Shown: piece after piece, positions 1 through 8,855 of the stretch
Numbering within the stretch: position 1 is the first letter of the stretch
How the letters are laid out: each line of letters starts with the position of its first letter
Source: Candidatus Margulisiibacteriota bacterium
GTDB lineage: Bacteria; Margulisbacteria; WOR-1; O2-12-FULL-45-9
NCBI GenBank assembly: GCA_043816785.1
Contig: JBDRHP010000005.1
Coordinates: 1-47,841 of the forward strand
Direction: 5' to 3'
Length of the DNA stretch: 47,841 nucleotides
Program-made: the position numbers and the translations under genes
Notes under the pieces: model-generated
The model's database searches: none
Told to the model about the DNA's origin: nothing
Seen by the model: only the letters and a program-made list of their open reading frames with translations

Positions 1-138
1 GAATTGAGCAACTGTCAGAGCATGGTAGAATCTTTTCTAAAGAGGTATCATACTCACAGACCGCACATGAGTCTGAATATGCAAACGCCAGAAGAATTTA
101 GGAGATTGCCGGAGTGTCGGATATTTACGGAGAACTAA
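1..138 (+). mobile_element. C-terminal fragment of an IS481/IS3-type (rve integrase core) transposase, cut by the window edge
   Basis: Frame +1 from base 1 reads ELSNCQSMVESFLKRYHTHRPHMSLNMQTPEEFRRLPECRIFTEN*, matching the YNxxRPHxSLxxxTP end motif of rve transposases. Not in the ORF track. Confidence 0.75.
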
Positions 139-151
139 GCGGCAAGTTTGT

Positions 152-634
152 TTACCCAAAAATCGAAGCTATGCAAAGACCTGCATAGTGCGTGAGAAAG
201 ATCACGATAACCGCGATCAAGAGATGTTCAAAAACAACTTTTAAAGGCTTCTCCTCCCCGGCTGCTCCCATCTTGTAACTTAAAATGCCCAGAATGCTCA
301 AGCCCCAGGCCGCGCTGATAAGAACAGCAGCTGCCAATTCAAACAGCAGGACCGGCACAATAAAAGTCAGCGCGAAAAAGAATTTGGAAAGAAAGGTCGC
401 CAGGGTCGCTTCCCAGATCTCTCTTGGAGTATGAACATTTTCCGACTCTTCTGAAACATGGATCCCCAGGGCATCAGAAAAAGCGTCCGCAATAGCAATG
501 GTTAAAATACCACCGATCACCACCAGCTTGGAATGCGTGCCAGCAGATAATCCGACCATCAACCCCAGCGTGGTAATTATTCCTGAAGTTAAACCAAAAC
601 TTAAGCCGGTCTTTAAAGAGTGCTTTAATTTCAT
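152..634 (-). CDS. VIT1/CCC1 family membrane protein
   Basis: SFGLTSGIITTLGLMVG and IAIADAFSDALGIHVSEESE motifs; multiple hydrophobic helices. Confidence 0.8.
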   Translation of the reverse strand: MKLKHSLKTGLSFGLTSGIITTLGLMVGLSAGTHSKLVVIGGILTIAIADAFSDALGIHVSEESENVHTPREIWEATLATFLSKFFFALTFIVPVLLFELAAAVLISAAWGLSILGILSYKMGAAGEEKPLKVVFEHLLIAVIVIFLTHYAGLCIASIFG

Positions 635-900
635 ATTATTTTAACTCCTGAAAAAAAGTCTGGGCGATCCAGCCGGCCAGCGCCGGAATCTGTACCGATA
701 AAATTAGCAATAAGCTCGCGCGGCAGCATGGCCTGCACCATGCCCGCAACAATAAAAGCAAAGATCAGCATGGGGAGGATCTCAGCCACTAGCAGGAGTG
801 AAGTTTTAATCCCTGCAATGTGCGCCCCATTCCCTCTAAAATAACCAACCGCCAGCAGGGAAACAGCCAGCACTCCCATGATAATAGTAGGTATTAACAT
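631..900 (-). pseudogene. Permease (DUF318/ArsP-like small subunit) with internal deletion and frameshift
   Basis: GGAGG RBS before ATG at 900; LPMLIFAFIVAGMVQAMLP...IGTDSG ends abruptly; a family-like tail LAGWIAQTFFQELK* follows in another frame. Confidence 0.6.
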
Positions 901-959
901 ATTTGAGTTCCTCCCTGTCTTATTCATAATAAGGGATTATAACATATTCTGGTTTTTAA

Positions 960-988
960 TTGACTTTAAAACGCCATGAGTCTAGAAT
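960..988 (+). promoter_or_regulatory. sigma70-type promoter TTGACT-N17-TAGAAT
   Basis: Near-consensus hexamers with 17 bp spacer, upstream of the GGGGGTG RBS and ATG at 1009. Confidence 0.7.
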
Positions 989-1008
989 CACGCCAAAGGG
1001 GGTGAATC

Positions 1009-1263
1009 ATGAAATTAGACGCTGTTAAATTCGGTTTGACCCTCGGGATCGTTTGGGCCGGCTGCGTATTGTCCTTAGGCATAACCAGCATGTTTGGTTT
1101 TGGTGCAGGATTAGTCAAAGCAATTGGCTCTATCTACATTGGTTACGGAGCAGGCATCGGAGGAGCCGCAATTGGCACGGTCTGGGCATTCTTAGACATG
1201 GGTGTTGGCGGTTTGATCATTGCCCTGATCTATAACAAGCTGCTTGACCTAGGCAAGAAATAA
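1009..1263 (+). CDS. Small two-TM membrane protein (family often labelled holin-like)
   Basis: 84 aa, Gly-rich hydrophobic, IYIGY...G..WAFLD.G.GG..IA.IYN pattern; good RBS. Confidence 0.6.
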   Translation: MKLDAVKFGLTLGIVWAGCVLSLGITSMFGFGAGLVKAIGSIYIGYGAGIGGAAIGTVWAFLDMGVGGLIIALIYNKLLDLGKK

Positions 1264-1272
1264 ATAACCTGT

Positions 1273-2421
1273 CTAAAGTTCTTCTGGGTTACGGTCGGGA
1301 ACTTCATTTCGACTTCCGTCCGTAACCTTTTCTTTTTGCAGAGCAGTAAAGGTAGTTGTGTAGTTATTGCTCGCATTCCAGATCAGGTAGCGGCTGGTGC
1401 CCGCGTCTTTACAAGCCTGGATCTGGGCTTCAATATACTTTGGCCCAAAGTTAGGCGACCTGAGATTGAATCCCTGCAGCCACGGCACCACTGCGACTGA
1501 TTCCCCGGAGAGCAGGTCCAGCGCTCTTTTCACTCCAGTGTAGATAAAATGATAGGGTTCTGACCCAGGATTGGCGTAGCCGTCATAGCCGGAATGAAAA
1601 TGGGACGGGTAAAACATTGGCGAGATAACATCAATGTACTTGGCCATTTGTTTGAGGTCTTGCCCTAGATTAGCACTGTCGTTTTGACCCTGCCAGGCTG
1701 TTACCCCAAAAATATCCACTGCCAATGAAACATTATACTTACTTAAACGATGACGAGTGTCCCTTAAAAAAGTGTTGATACAGTCTATCTTGCTCATGCC
1801 TGGTTTTTCAAAAGGATAAACTGCCAGATGGGATTTTCTTTCCGCTGGGAAGCGAATGTAATCAAATTGGATCTCGTCAGCGCCGGACATTGCAGCACGC
1901 TCCGCGACCAATTCATTGAATAGCCTGACCTCATCCGAATATGGGTCAGCCCACTTTCCACCTTTAAGATCACGGTAAAGCTCGCCATTGGGCATTTTAA
2001 CACCCAGGTCCGGCCGAGTTAGAACCAGATGATCATCTTTAAACACCACCAGCCGCACACTGACAATAAAGCCCTCGGCATGCAGCTCCTCAGTCAACTT
2101 TGATAACCAAGGATCTGGCTCAATGCGGGACATAAAGTTGAGCTTCTTCTCTTTGGCCAGCTTGAGCAGCGGCTGACTTATAACATGCTTAGCGTCAACA
2201 ACAATTGTATTCAAGCCGCTTTTCCTGGCTTGTTCCTTAATGTGGGCAAAACGGGTCGACGTCAAGCTCATATAGTACGTAACATACAGCCCTCGGTCAG
2301 CCATCCGCTTGGTCCGCGTGCCTGCCCCCTGCTGTTCCTCGTTGAAATTAAGGGACAGGGCCAGAAAAAACACCGGCACCAGGATAAAAGTTGTTGTGGT
2401 TTTGATCAGACCCTTTAACAT
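1273..2421 (-). CDS. Putative glycoside hydrolase, DUF4015 family
   Basis: RGLYVT, NTIVVDAK, RLVVFKD, DEIQFDYIRFP, SPMFYPSHF, PWLQGF motifs; start moved to ATG 2421 (signal anchor, TGnTATAAT 7 nt upstream). Confidence 0.85.
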   Translation of the reverse strand: MLKGLIKTTTTFILVPVFFLALSLNFNEEQQGAGTRTKRMADRGLYVTYYMSLTSTRFAHIKEQARKSGLNTIVVDAKHVISQPLLKLAKEKKLNFMSRIEPDPWLSKLTEELHAEGFIVSVRLVVFKDDHLVLTRPDLGVKMPNGELYRDLKGGKWADPYSDEVRLFNELVAERAAMSGADEIQFDYIRFPAERKSHLAVYPFEKPGMSKIDCINTFLRDTRHRLSKYNVSLAVDIFGVTAWQGQNDSANLGQDLKQMAKYIDVISPMFYPSHFHSGYDGYANPGSEPYHFIYTGVKRALDLLSGESVAVVPWLQGFNLRSPNFGPKYIEAQIQACKDAGTSRYLIWNASNNYTTTFTALQKEKVTDGSRNEVPDRNPEEL

Positions 2422-2488
2422 GTTCACTATTATATCATGTTTGACGTGATTTTGATTTTGTGAGAGAATTACGCCGGAGGTAGCAATT

Positions 2489-2959
2489 ATGGCTAAACAT
2501 ATGGTCATGGTCGTTGATGATGAAGTTGATGTAGCCAATTCTATTGCCAATACCATCAAAGACACGGACCGCTACGATGTCATTACTGCCTATTCCGCTA
2601 AGGAAGCACTGGAGCATTTAAAAAAGAACAAGGTCATGATGGGCCTGGGCGGCAATCGCATCGGGCTGATCCTGCTGGACATCAAGATGCCCGAGATGGA
2701 CGGCCTGCAGCTGCTGACCAAGATCCGCCACGACTTTGGCGAAGATATCGGCATTGCCATGCTCACCGCCTGGGAAGACGAGGAAAAATGGGATCGCGCC
2801 ACTTCCGGTTTTGTCGTTAATTACATCAAGAAGCCTTTTAAATCGGAAGAATTGATCACCACCCTCGATGACTTTTTCTCCGGGGAAGAAGGCCAGATGG
2901 TGCTCAAGACTTTTGAAAAACACATTAGCAAAAGAGAAGAATTCAATCAGAAAGATTGA
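2489..2959 (+). CDS. Stand-alone response regulator receiver protein
   Basis: VVDDE, LLDIKMPEMDG, MLTA, YIKKPF receiver motifs; GGAGG RBS. Confidence 0.9.
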   Translation: MAKHMVMVVDDEVDVANSIANTIKDTDRYDVITAYSAKEALEHLKKNKVMMGLGGNRIGLILLDIKMPEMDGLQLLTKIRHDFGEDIGIAMLTAWEDEEKWDRATSGFVVNYIKKPFKSEELITTLDDFFSGEEGQMVLKTFEKHISKREEFNQKD

Positions 2960-2986
2960 TGCCAGCGCTGACAGACCTGCCCCCAA

Positions 2987-5071
2987 CTAAAACAGGATCT
3001 TAAAAGTCGTTCCTTTGCCCTCTTCGCTCTTGACCCTGATATCTCCGCCGTGTTCCCTGATTATGCGATAAGCGATCGACAGTCCCAGGCCAACCCCCTC
3101 ATGCCGGCTGGAAAAAAACGGGTCAAAGATCTTTTCCATTATTTGGGGCGGAATGCCATTGCCAGTGTCTGTTACTTCCGCCACGGCCCGGCCTTCATCA
3201 ATATAGGTCCTGATCGTCAGGGTTCCGCCTTCGGGCATGGCTTGGATCGCGTTCTGGAACAGATTAACAAAAATCTCTTCCAGCTCGATCTTGTCTCCCT
3301 TGATCAAAGGGACCAGCTCCAGGTCCTTTTTCAAGTTAACCGCGCTGATCGCGACTAACTGCAGGGAGGAAATAATGGCTTCATTTAAATCAACCTCTTC
3401 TTCCTGGCGGGGTTTTTCCTTGGCCATGCGCAGCATGCGCTGGATTATCGCGGCGATACGGTCAACATGCCTCAAAACAAGATCGCGGTGATTTTTAAGA
3501 TAGGCCAGATCTCTTTCCCGACTGGGCAACCTGTCGGTTTCGGAGCGGATAACTGTCAGCGGGTTGCGGATCTCATGCGTCACCCCGGCGGTAAGTGTTC
3601 CCAGAGAAGCCAGGCGCTGGGAACGTGACAACTGCCTTTCAGCAACTTCCAGTTCCGCCCTGATCTTTTCATAGGAGCGCGTATGATCCAGGGTGATTGC
3701 TGCCTGACTGGCCAGGACCATTAAAAGCTGAATATCATCATCCGTATAGTGGTCTTCAGAAAGCTTCCTGCCTAGAACGAAAATAGCGATCAAGCGGTCT
3801 TCCAGCAAACAGGGTACCACAAGTTCCCTCTTAGGATCATGCGGAAATAGCACCGGCGCCCGGGTTAATATCAACTGCTTGACCAACTGGTCATCAATTC
3901 TGATCTCTTCACCGCTTTGTTTTGCCGAAGCCGTCTCTTCATCAAAGACCACGTAACGCTTCGAGGTTGCCTCCGCGCGGCTAAAATTCTCAGGCAAAAA
4001 TATGCGTGGATTGGAGATCTCAACCACATCATGAAAGGTTCTGTACAGGATCTGGAGAATCGAAGCCAGGGAAAGCTTTTCCCCTACTTTCATGCTGGCT
4101 TCAGATAATTCTTTGTAATAGTCATATTTGCCGTGTAAAAAAAGCTTGTCAGATGTTGTTTGGATGAAAAGCCGGATACGCTGATGGATCTGGCCGACCA
4201 GAATACCGTAAAGCACGGTGATAGCAATAAAGGTGAACGTTATGCTTGTGGAGATGTAGGTCCAATGAAGCCAAACAAGGCCTAAATAAATCAAGCCAAG
4301 AAACAGAACCGCAATTACTTCGGCCACCGCCCGGCTGATGATAACAGAAATATCCATCAGGCGCGATTTTGTAATAGCGTAAGAGATAAAGCCAACAGTA
4401 ATAACCGTAGAAAAGGGGCCGACCCCGGCCAAAAGCGAATAACCAAACAAGGGCAAAACTAAATTGGTAATCACCGGAAATATAAAACCCAAAAAGAAGC
4501 CCAATAAAACATATACGATCTGCCGCCTATTCAGGCCCCGATAGGCATAATATCTTTCGATCAATCTAGAAAAAGCAAAAACCAGAAAGCCCAAAAAATA
4601 AACAACAAACAGAGCGAAGGCTGGCCCGGGAATAAAAACGAAACCTTCTTTCAGCCTCAGGATGTCTTTTATGATTAAATCCGTAAAAGATATCAGCGCA
4701 AAAAAGGTTGCCACACAAAACCAGGCAATCATTTGGTATCTTTTTGGAACAACATCTTCTTTTGGAAAAACAGAAAAGAAATATATAAATGGTATAGGAA
4801 TATAAGCATAAACACCGGCTGCGATCTTGCTCCACAACAAGGCTTCAGCAGGCGTATTGGCTAAACCATAAAATAATATAAGCATCGCCCATAAAGCCGT
4901 GAGCAGGGCGGTTGCAGCATAAGAGAGGTTGATCTTGTTTTTCCAATCTTTTAACAATACAAACATTCCCAGGGATAAATTGCCGAATATGGCATAAAAG
5001 GGAAAAACATATTTAACATCCTGTGTCAGCAGAATAAAAGCCGTTCCTGCAAGAACAATCGTTAATAACAA
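2987..5071 (-). CDS. Membrane sensor histidine kinase (7TM-type N-terminus, GAF-like, HisKA, HATPase)
   Basis: THEIRNPL H-box, NLFQNAIQAM, DTGNGI, FDPFFS, GVGLGL; many TM segments; start codon uncertain. Confidence 0.9.
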   Translation of the reverse strand: MLLTIVLAGTAFILLTQDVKYVFPFYAIFGNLSLGMFVLLKDWKNKINLSYAATALLTALWAMLILFYGLANTPAEALLWSKIAAGVYAYIPIPFIYFFSVFPKEDVVPKRYQMIAWFCVATFFALISFTDLIIKDILRLKEGFVFIPGPAFALFVVYFLGFLVFAFSRLIERYYAYRGLNRRQIVYVLLGFFLGFIFPVITNLVLPLFGYSLLAGVGPFSTVITVGFISYAITKSRLMDISVIISRAVAEVIAVLFLGLIYLGLVWLHWTYISTSITFTFIAITVLYGILVGQIHQRIRLFIQTTSDKLFLHGKYDYYKELSEASMKVGEKLSLASILQILYRTFHDVVEISNPRIFLPENFSRAEATSKRYVVFDEETASAKQSGEEIRIDDQLVKQLILTRAPVLFPHDPKRELVVPCLLEDRLIAIFVLGRKLSEDHYTDDDIQLLMVLASQAAITLDHTRSYEKIRAELEVAERQLSRSQRLASLGTLTAGVTHEIRNPLTVIRSETDRLPSRERDLAYLKNHRDLVLRHVDRIAAIIQRMLRMAKEKPRQEEEVDLNEAIISSLQLVAISAVNLKKDLELVPLIKGDKIELEEIFVNLFQNAIQAMPEGGTLTIRTYIDEGRAVAEVTDTGNGIPPQIMEKIFDPFFSSRHEGVGLGLSIAYRIIREHGGDIRVKSEEGKGTTFKILF

Positions 5072-5150
5072 TAAAAGAATAGAAGTCTCTCCTTTTTATC
5101 TATATGCGAATTATAGGAATAATCTTAAACGGAGTCAAATGAAGTATTTG

Positions 5151-6728
5151 TTATTCTGAGGTGTAGCGGCCTGTGCGATGAATAGAAAAAGTTCCCCGGG
5201 TCAGTATTCTATCCTGTCCCGGCAAATAAAATTCTCCCTTCTCTGGATCAAGTTTTAATGCGCTTCGGTCCGGCCACATGGCTCTTACCTCGGTTAACAT
5301 GTGCGGTAAATCCAGCAGAGATTCATCTTTGGTTGGAAAACCAAAACTAATGCGAGCGGCATGGTAATCTTGATCCCCAGGTAATGCCGCACATCCAGCT
5401 CGGCCCTTTCTCGCATGCTTCATGGCGTGCTCAAGTGCCTCCATCTGAGAGGCTCTTAGCAAAGTATACAAATAGGGGTGGGCACAAAATTGACCGGGCC
5501 TTGAATCAACTCCATAAAAAACCTCCAGGGCTTTTAGCACAAACCCAGGAGGAATATTTCTCCCGCCATCATCTTTGAGGCTGAAACTGATAACCGGTCC
5601 ACGCGGAACAACATCCAAATTCGCTTCTCCCAAGACCCTGAGGCCTGGAACATTCAAGATATTTGCCATGACGAGACGAGTTAGGCGTTCTTCCTCTTTC
5701 TCTATTTCAACCATCCCTGCCCGCGCTAATGTTAAGGCCGCCTTGCCTAATGAAACCTGGGCAATATATGCCGGGGTTCCCGGCTCAAAATTATAGGGCG
5801 GTCCAGCATAAAAAATATCCTGTAAAGTAACCCCGGTTATAGTTCCTCCCGCAGGTATCAGGGAGGGTCCTTCAAAAAAGTCTTTGGGCCCAACAATTGC
5901 TCCGCTCCCATCCCTGGCATACATCTTGTGGCCTGACACTGCCAGAAAGACTCTGCCGGGCAAAACGCTCAAGTCAAGTTGCATTGAAGTGGCGCCTTGA
6001 GCATGATCAATAAAAACTAAAGTATTATAGCGCGCTGCAATATTGGCTATCTCTGTGATTTGATTCTTATATCCGGTTACATTGGATGAGGATTCAACGC
6101 AGAGAACTGGATGATGATTTCGAGAATATGATTTAAGCTTAATTTCAAGATCATTTAAATCGTAGGTGCCATCGGGTTTCAAACGGAAATAATCATAATG
6201 ATCTGTTTCCCGGGCGGGCAGCATTGTCGAATGATGAGCCGCGGGAGAGATAAGAAAAAAACTTTGTGGGTCTCTGGCAGCGACCCTGGTCAAGACAGAC
6301 ATTCCTTGACTGGTGTTTTGAACAAAGATTACAACATGCTCAGCAGGATTATATCCAAAAAATTCCCCGATTGCTTCACGCGCTTCTTCAAGCGCCATTG
6401 TCATAATTTCAGCGTTGGGCCCTGCCCCTCTGCCAATATTTTCTCTATACCAAGTTTCTAAACTGACCGCCGCATCCTGCACAGGCACTAGTAACGGCTT
6501 GGTTGCAGCATAGTTCAAGCCAATGTGTGGCACAACACCTTTTGCCTTCCCATTTCTAGGACTATAAACTTTGACCGTCGTTCCTGATCCCAAGGCCAGG
6601 TATTTCAGAAGCTCCATTGTTAAGGGCTGACTATTAGCATAGGCCTTTAGGGCTCTTCGTGTATCCCTACAACTAGGATTAAGTCCATATTGTCTTGCTA
6701 AAGATTTAGCCCTAGAACCAAAAATCAT
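5151..6728 (-). CDS. Class V PLP-dependent aminotransferase, cysteine desulfurase (SufS)-like, with N-terminal extension
   Basis: HHSTMLP, SNVTG, IDHAQ, SGHKMY (PLP lysine), FEPGTP, RPGQFCAHP (catalytic Cys), ARISFG. Confidence 0.8.
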   Translation of the reverse strand: MIFGSRAKSLARQYGLNPSCRDTRRALKAYANSQPLTMELLKYLALGSGTTVKVYSPRNGKAKGVVPHIGLNYAATKPLLVPVQDAAVSLETWYRENIGRGAGPNAEIMTMALEEAREAIGEFFGYNPAEHVVIFVQNTSQGMSVLTRVAARDPQSFFLISPAAHHSTMLPARETDHYDYFRLKPDGTYDLNDLEIKLKSYSRNHHPVLCVESSSNVTGYKNQITEIANIAARYNTLVFIDHAQGATSMQLDLSVLPGRVFLAVSGHKMYARDGSGAIVGPKDFFEGPSLIPAGGTITGVTLQDIFYAGPPYNFEPGTPAYIAQVSLGKAALTLARAGMVEIEKEEERLTRLVMANILNVPGLRVLGEANLDVVPRGPVISFSLKDDGGRNIPPGFVLKALEVFYGVDSRPGQFCAHPYLYTLLRASQMEALEHAMKHARKGRAGCAALPGDQDYHAARISFGFPTKDESLLDLPHMLTEVRAMWPDRSALKLDPEKGEFYLPGQDRILTRGTFSIHRTGRYTSE

Positions 6729-6793
6729 TATTTTATCACCTATTAATAAATTCGAACGCAGGCTGCCCCCTGGGAAGATTGCATTCTAAATAT

Positions 6794-6820
6794 GTTTCGG
6801 CCTATAAACAAAGAAATTTC
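6794..6820 (-). promoter_or_regulatory. sigma28-like promoter GAAATTTC-N11-GCCGAAAC
   Basis: Resembles the FliA consensus TAAAGTTT-N11-GCCGATAA; same architecture at 19347-19373 and 42966-42992. Confidence 0.6.
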
Positions 6821-6902
6821 AGTGAGTTTACAAATAAAATGGATTAGTAACTGCCCCCTCCGGGGTCAAGGCTGAGGCTAACATGTAACAGATAGCAGTA
6901 AA

Positions 6903-7106
6903 CTATTTATGAGTGTTAATGCCCAGTAGATTGTAAAGCGGACAATAACCGAGTAACCCCGTTACAATCAACCACAACGCAGCAAAGAGCAAAATTACAA
7001 CAAAGATAAGATGAAGTGGCAGATAAAAAGCAAAAAACAGAACTATGCCGCCAATCAGCATCTTTACAAATCGATCAAAAATATTTTCATTCTTCTTTAT
7101 CTCCAT
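6903..7106 (-). CDS. DUF2892 (YgaP-like) membrane protein
   Basis: KNE..FDR...TGLLGYCPLYNLLGINT motif; GGGAGG RBS 7 nt before ATG 7106. Confidence 0.85.
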   Translation of the reverse strand: MEIKKNENIFDRFVKMLIGGIVLFFAFYLPLHLIFVVILLFAALWLIVTGLLGYCPLYNLLGINTHK

Positions 7107-7212
7107 GTCCATTCCTCCCAATCTGCCGATTTAAGAAAATTATATTCCGGAAAATGGAGAAAGTAAAGAGGAAATGATGATAATTTGAATTTCAATAGTT
7201 TAGCTGCGCTGG

Positions 7213-8778
7213 TCAAGGGATATTTTTATAGATCCTGGCAGTAAGGTCGATATTCTCAAAGCGCTCGGAAGAGTGAAGGCCAACTTTGCCGTTTATCTCC
7301 TTTTCCCGCAACCAGGCGTTCCAGCGGTAAAGCGAATCATCCAGCAGGTCTTTTTTGTAGCGGCTGTCAGCATCCAGATCAAAGGTAAGGTAATAAACGC
7401 TCTCGCCTGATAACCCTCCCCGTTCAAGGGTTTCCTCTGACAATATCCTGCCGGGGCGATCCCGAAAATGGAAACGCAGGACATCGGGATTAAAGTGTTT
7501 CAAATTGAGAATAGTTCCGAACCTGGCGGCCTCCGGCACGTTTGTTTTAAAATAATCAAGAACATCAACCATGTTTTGCCCGGTCCTTTCCGGCAGATAA
7601 AGACCATAGATCCTGGGCAAAGAGATCAGCGACGGCAACATCAAAACCAGGACCAGCAGCCAGGCCAGTTTCTTATCTCGCCGCCAGAAACGTTCCAGCC
7701 AGTGAAAGAAAACCGCGGAAAAGATCATAAATATAAATGGCACAATAATGTAGATGATCTGGGGCGCTTTGGTAGAAATTATCAGGGTAGCCAGCAGCAA
7801 AACTGTCCAGACAAAAACATAGAGCTTTTTTAAGCCCTCAAAGTGCCTGGCCACAAAAGGCACGAACAGGGACAGCAGCAGAAAAATGCCGATCCAGGGA
7901 GAAAAGGAGATTTGCTCAACAATCACCCTGGGATAATAGACTAAGCTTTCCAGCCAACCCGGTCCCTGGCCCATTCCAGAACGCAGGATCACATCAAGCA
8001 GCAGCGCTACTCGCCTGGAAAAATTAAAGGAAAACCAGCCCGCAGCCAGCACCAGTAAAACACCCAGGACTATAAGTTTTTTGTAAGCCCACCAGATAAA
8101 CGGCACAGCGACCTTTTCCCCTTTTTTGCTGAGCCGGCGCGCTGCCAGGGTCAAAGGACCAAGTTTGACCAGGGTGACTACCAAAAACGAGGGCAGCATC
8201 AAAAAGGCATAAACATAATTCGTATATAAGGACAAGCCGAGAATAAACGCTAAAGTCACATAATATAAAACTTCCCGGTGCTCCTCACAAACCAAATACA
8301 TATATGTTGCCGAGAGAAAAAGCAGCATCCCCAAGCTCTCGATCATATTCTCCGAGGCAAACCGCAACATCAGCGGAGAGGTTAACATTAAAACCGCAGT
8401 AAGCGCGCCGACTTTCCAGCCCAACCTTTCACAAAATTTGTTTGCCAAAAGATAGGCCAGGACCACAGACAAGAGAAATAAGATCAAGCTCAAAAAACGG
8501 GCTGAAACATAGCCCACGCCAAAGATAAGAAAAAAAACAGCCAAGATCCAGGAATGCAGGAATGGCCAGATCATCTGCCGGCCGGTATCATACCAGAAGC
8601 CGCGCCAATCAGCGCTGGTTATGTCCTTCCAGATCCAGGCGCCGTAGAGAGCATGCTGCGCTTCTTCCTGGTTAAAAGCATCGCCATTAAGAATTCGGGT
8701 GGTAAAAACAATAATTCCGGCAAAAATAGTAATAGCCAGAACAAATATTAATCCTTTAGCAAAAGGGGTCAACTTCAC
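7213..8778 (-). CDS. GT-C fold glycosyltransferase family 39 (ArnT/PMT-like)
   Basis: EEAQH, WPFLHSW, FGVGYVSARFLS, polytopic membrane profile. Confidence 0.75.
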   Translation of the reverse strand: MKLTPFAKGLIFVLAITIFAGIIVFTTRILNGDAFNQEEAQHALYGAWIWKDITSADWRGFWYDTGRQMIWPFLHSWILAVFFLIFGVGYVSARFLSLILFLLSVVLAYLLANKFCERLGWKVGALTAVLMLTSPLMLRFASENMIESLGMLLFLSATYMYLVCEEHREVLYYVTLAFILGLSLYTNYVYAFLMLPSFLVVTLVKLGPLTLAARRLSKKGEKVAVPFIWWAYKKLIVLGVLLVLAAGWFSFNFSRRVALLLDVILRSGMGQGPGWLESLVYYPRVIVEQISFSPWIGIFLLLSLFVPFVARHFEGLKKLYVFVWTVLLLATLIISTKAPQIIYIIVPFIFMIFSAVFFHWLERFWRRDKKLAWLLVLVLMLPSLISLPRIYGLYLPERTGQNMVDVLDYFKTNVPEAARFGTILNLKHFNPDVLRFHFRDRPGRILSEETLERGGLSGESVYYLTFDLDADSRYKKDLLDDSLYRWNAWLREKEINGKVGLHSSERFENIDLTARIYKNIP

Positions 8779-8855
8779 TATAGATTAAATTATAGAGCTC
8801 CCCCTCCCCCAAGTCAATCTTTACATTCTGACTTGACTGGGGTAAACTAACTTTC

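Noticed and set aside
1009-1263. Holin-like gene as evidence of a prophage
   Set aside because: No phage genes nearby; the holin label for this family is weak
6730-6900. Possible riboswitch upstream of the PLP enzyme (two ctgccccc motifs)
   Set aside because: Could not fit SAM, TPP or other known aptamer consensus by eye; an Rfam scan is needed
8789-8817. G-rich promoter spacer of the GT39 gene as another phase-variable tract
   Set aside because: The tract is interrupted (G5-A-G5) and the spacer is already 17 bp
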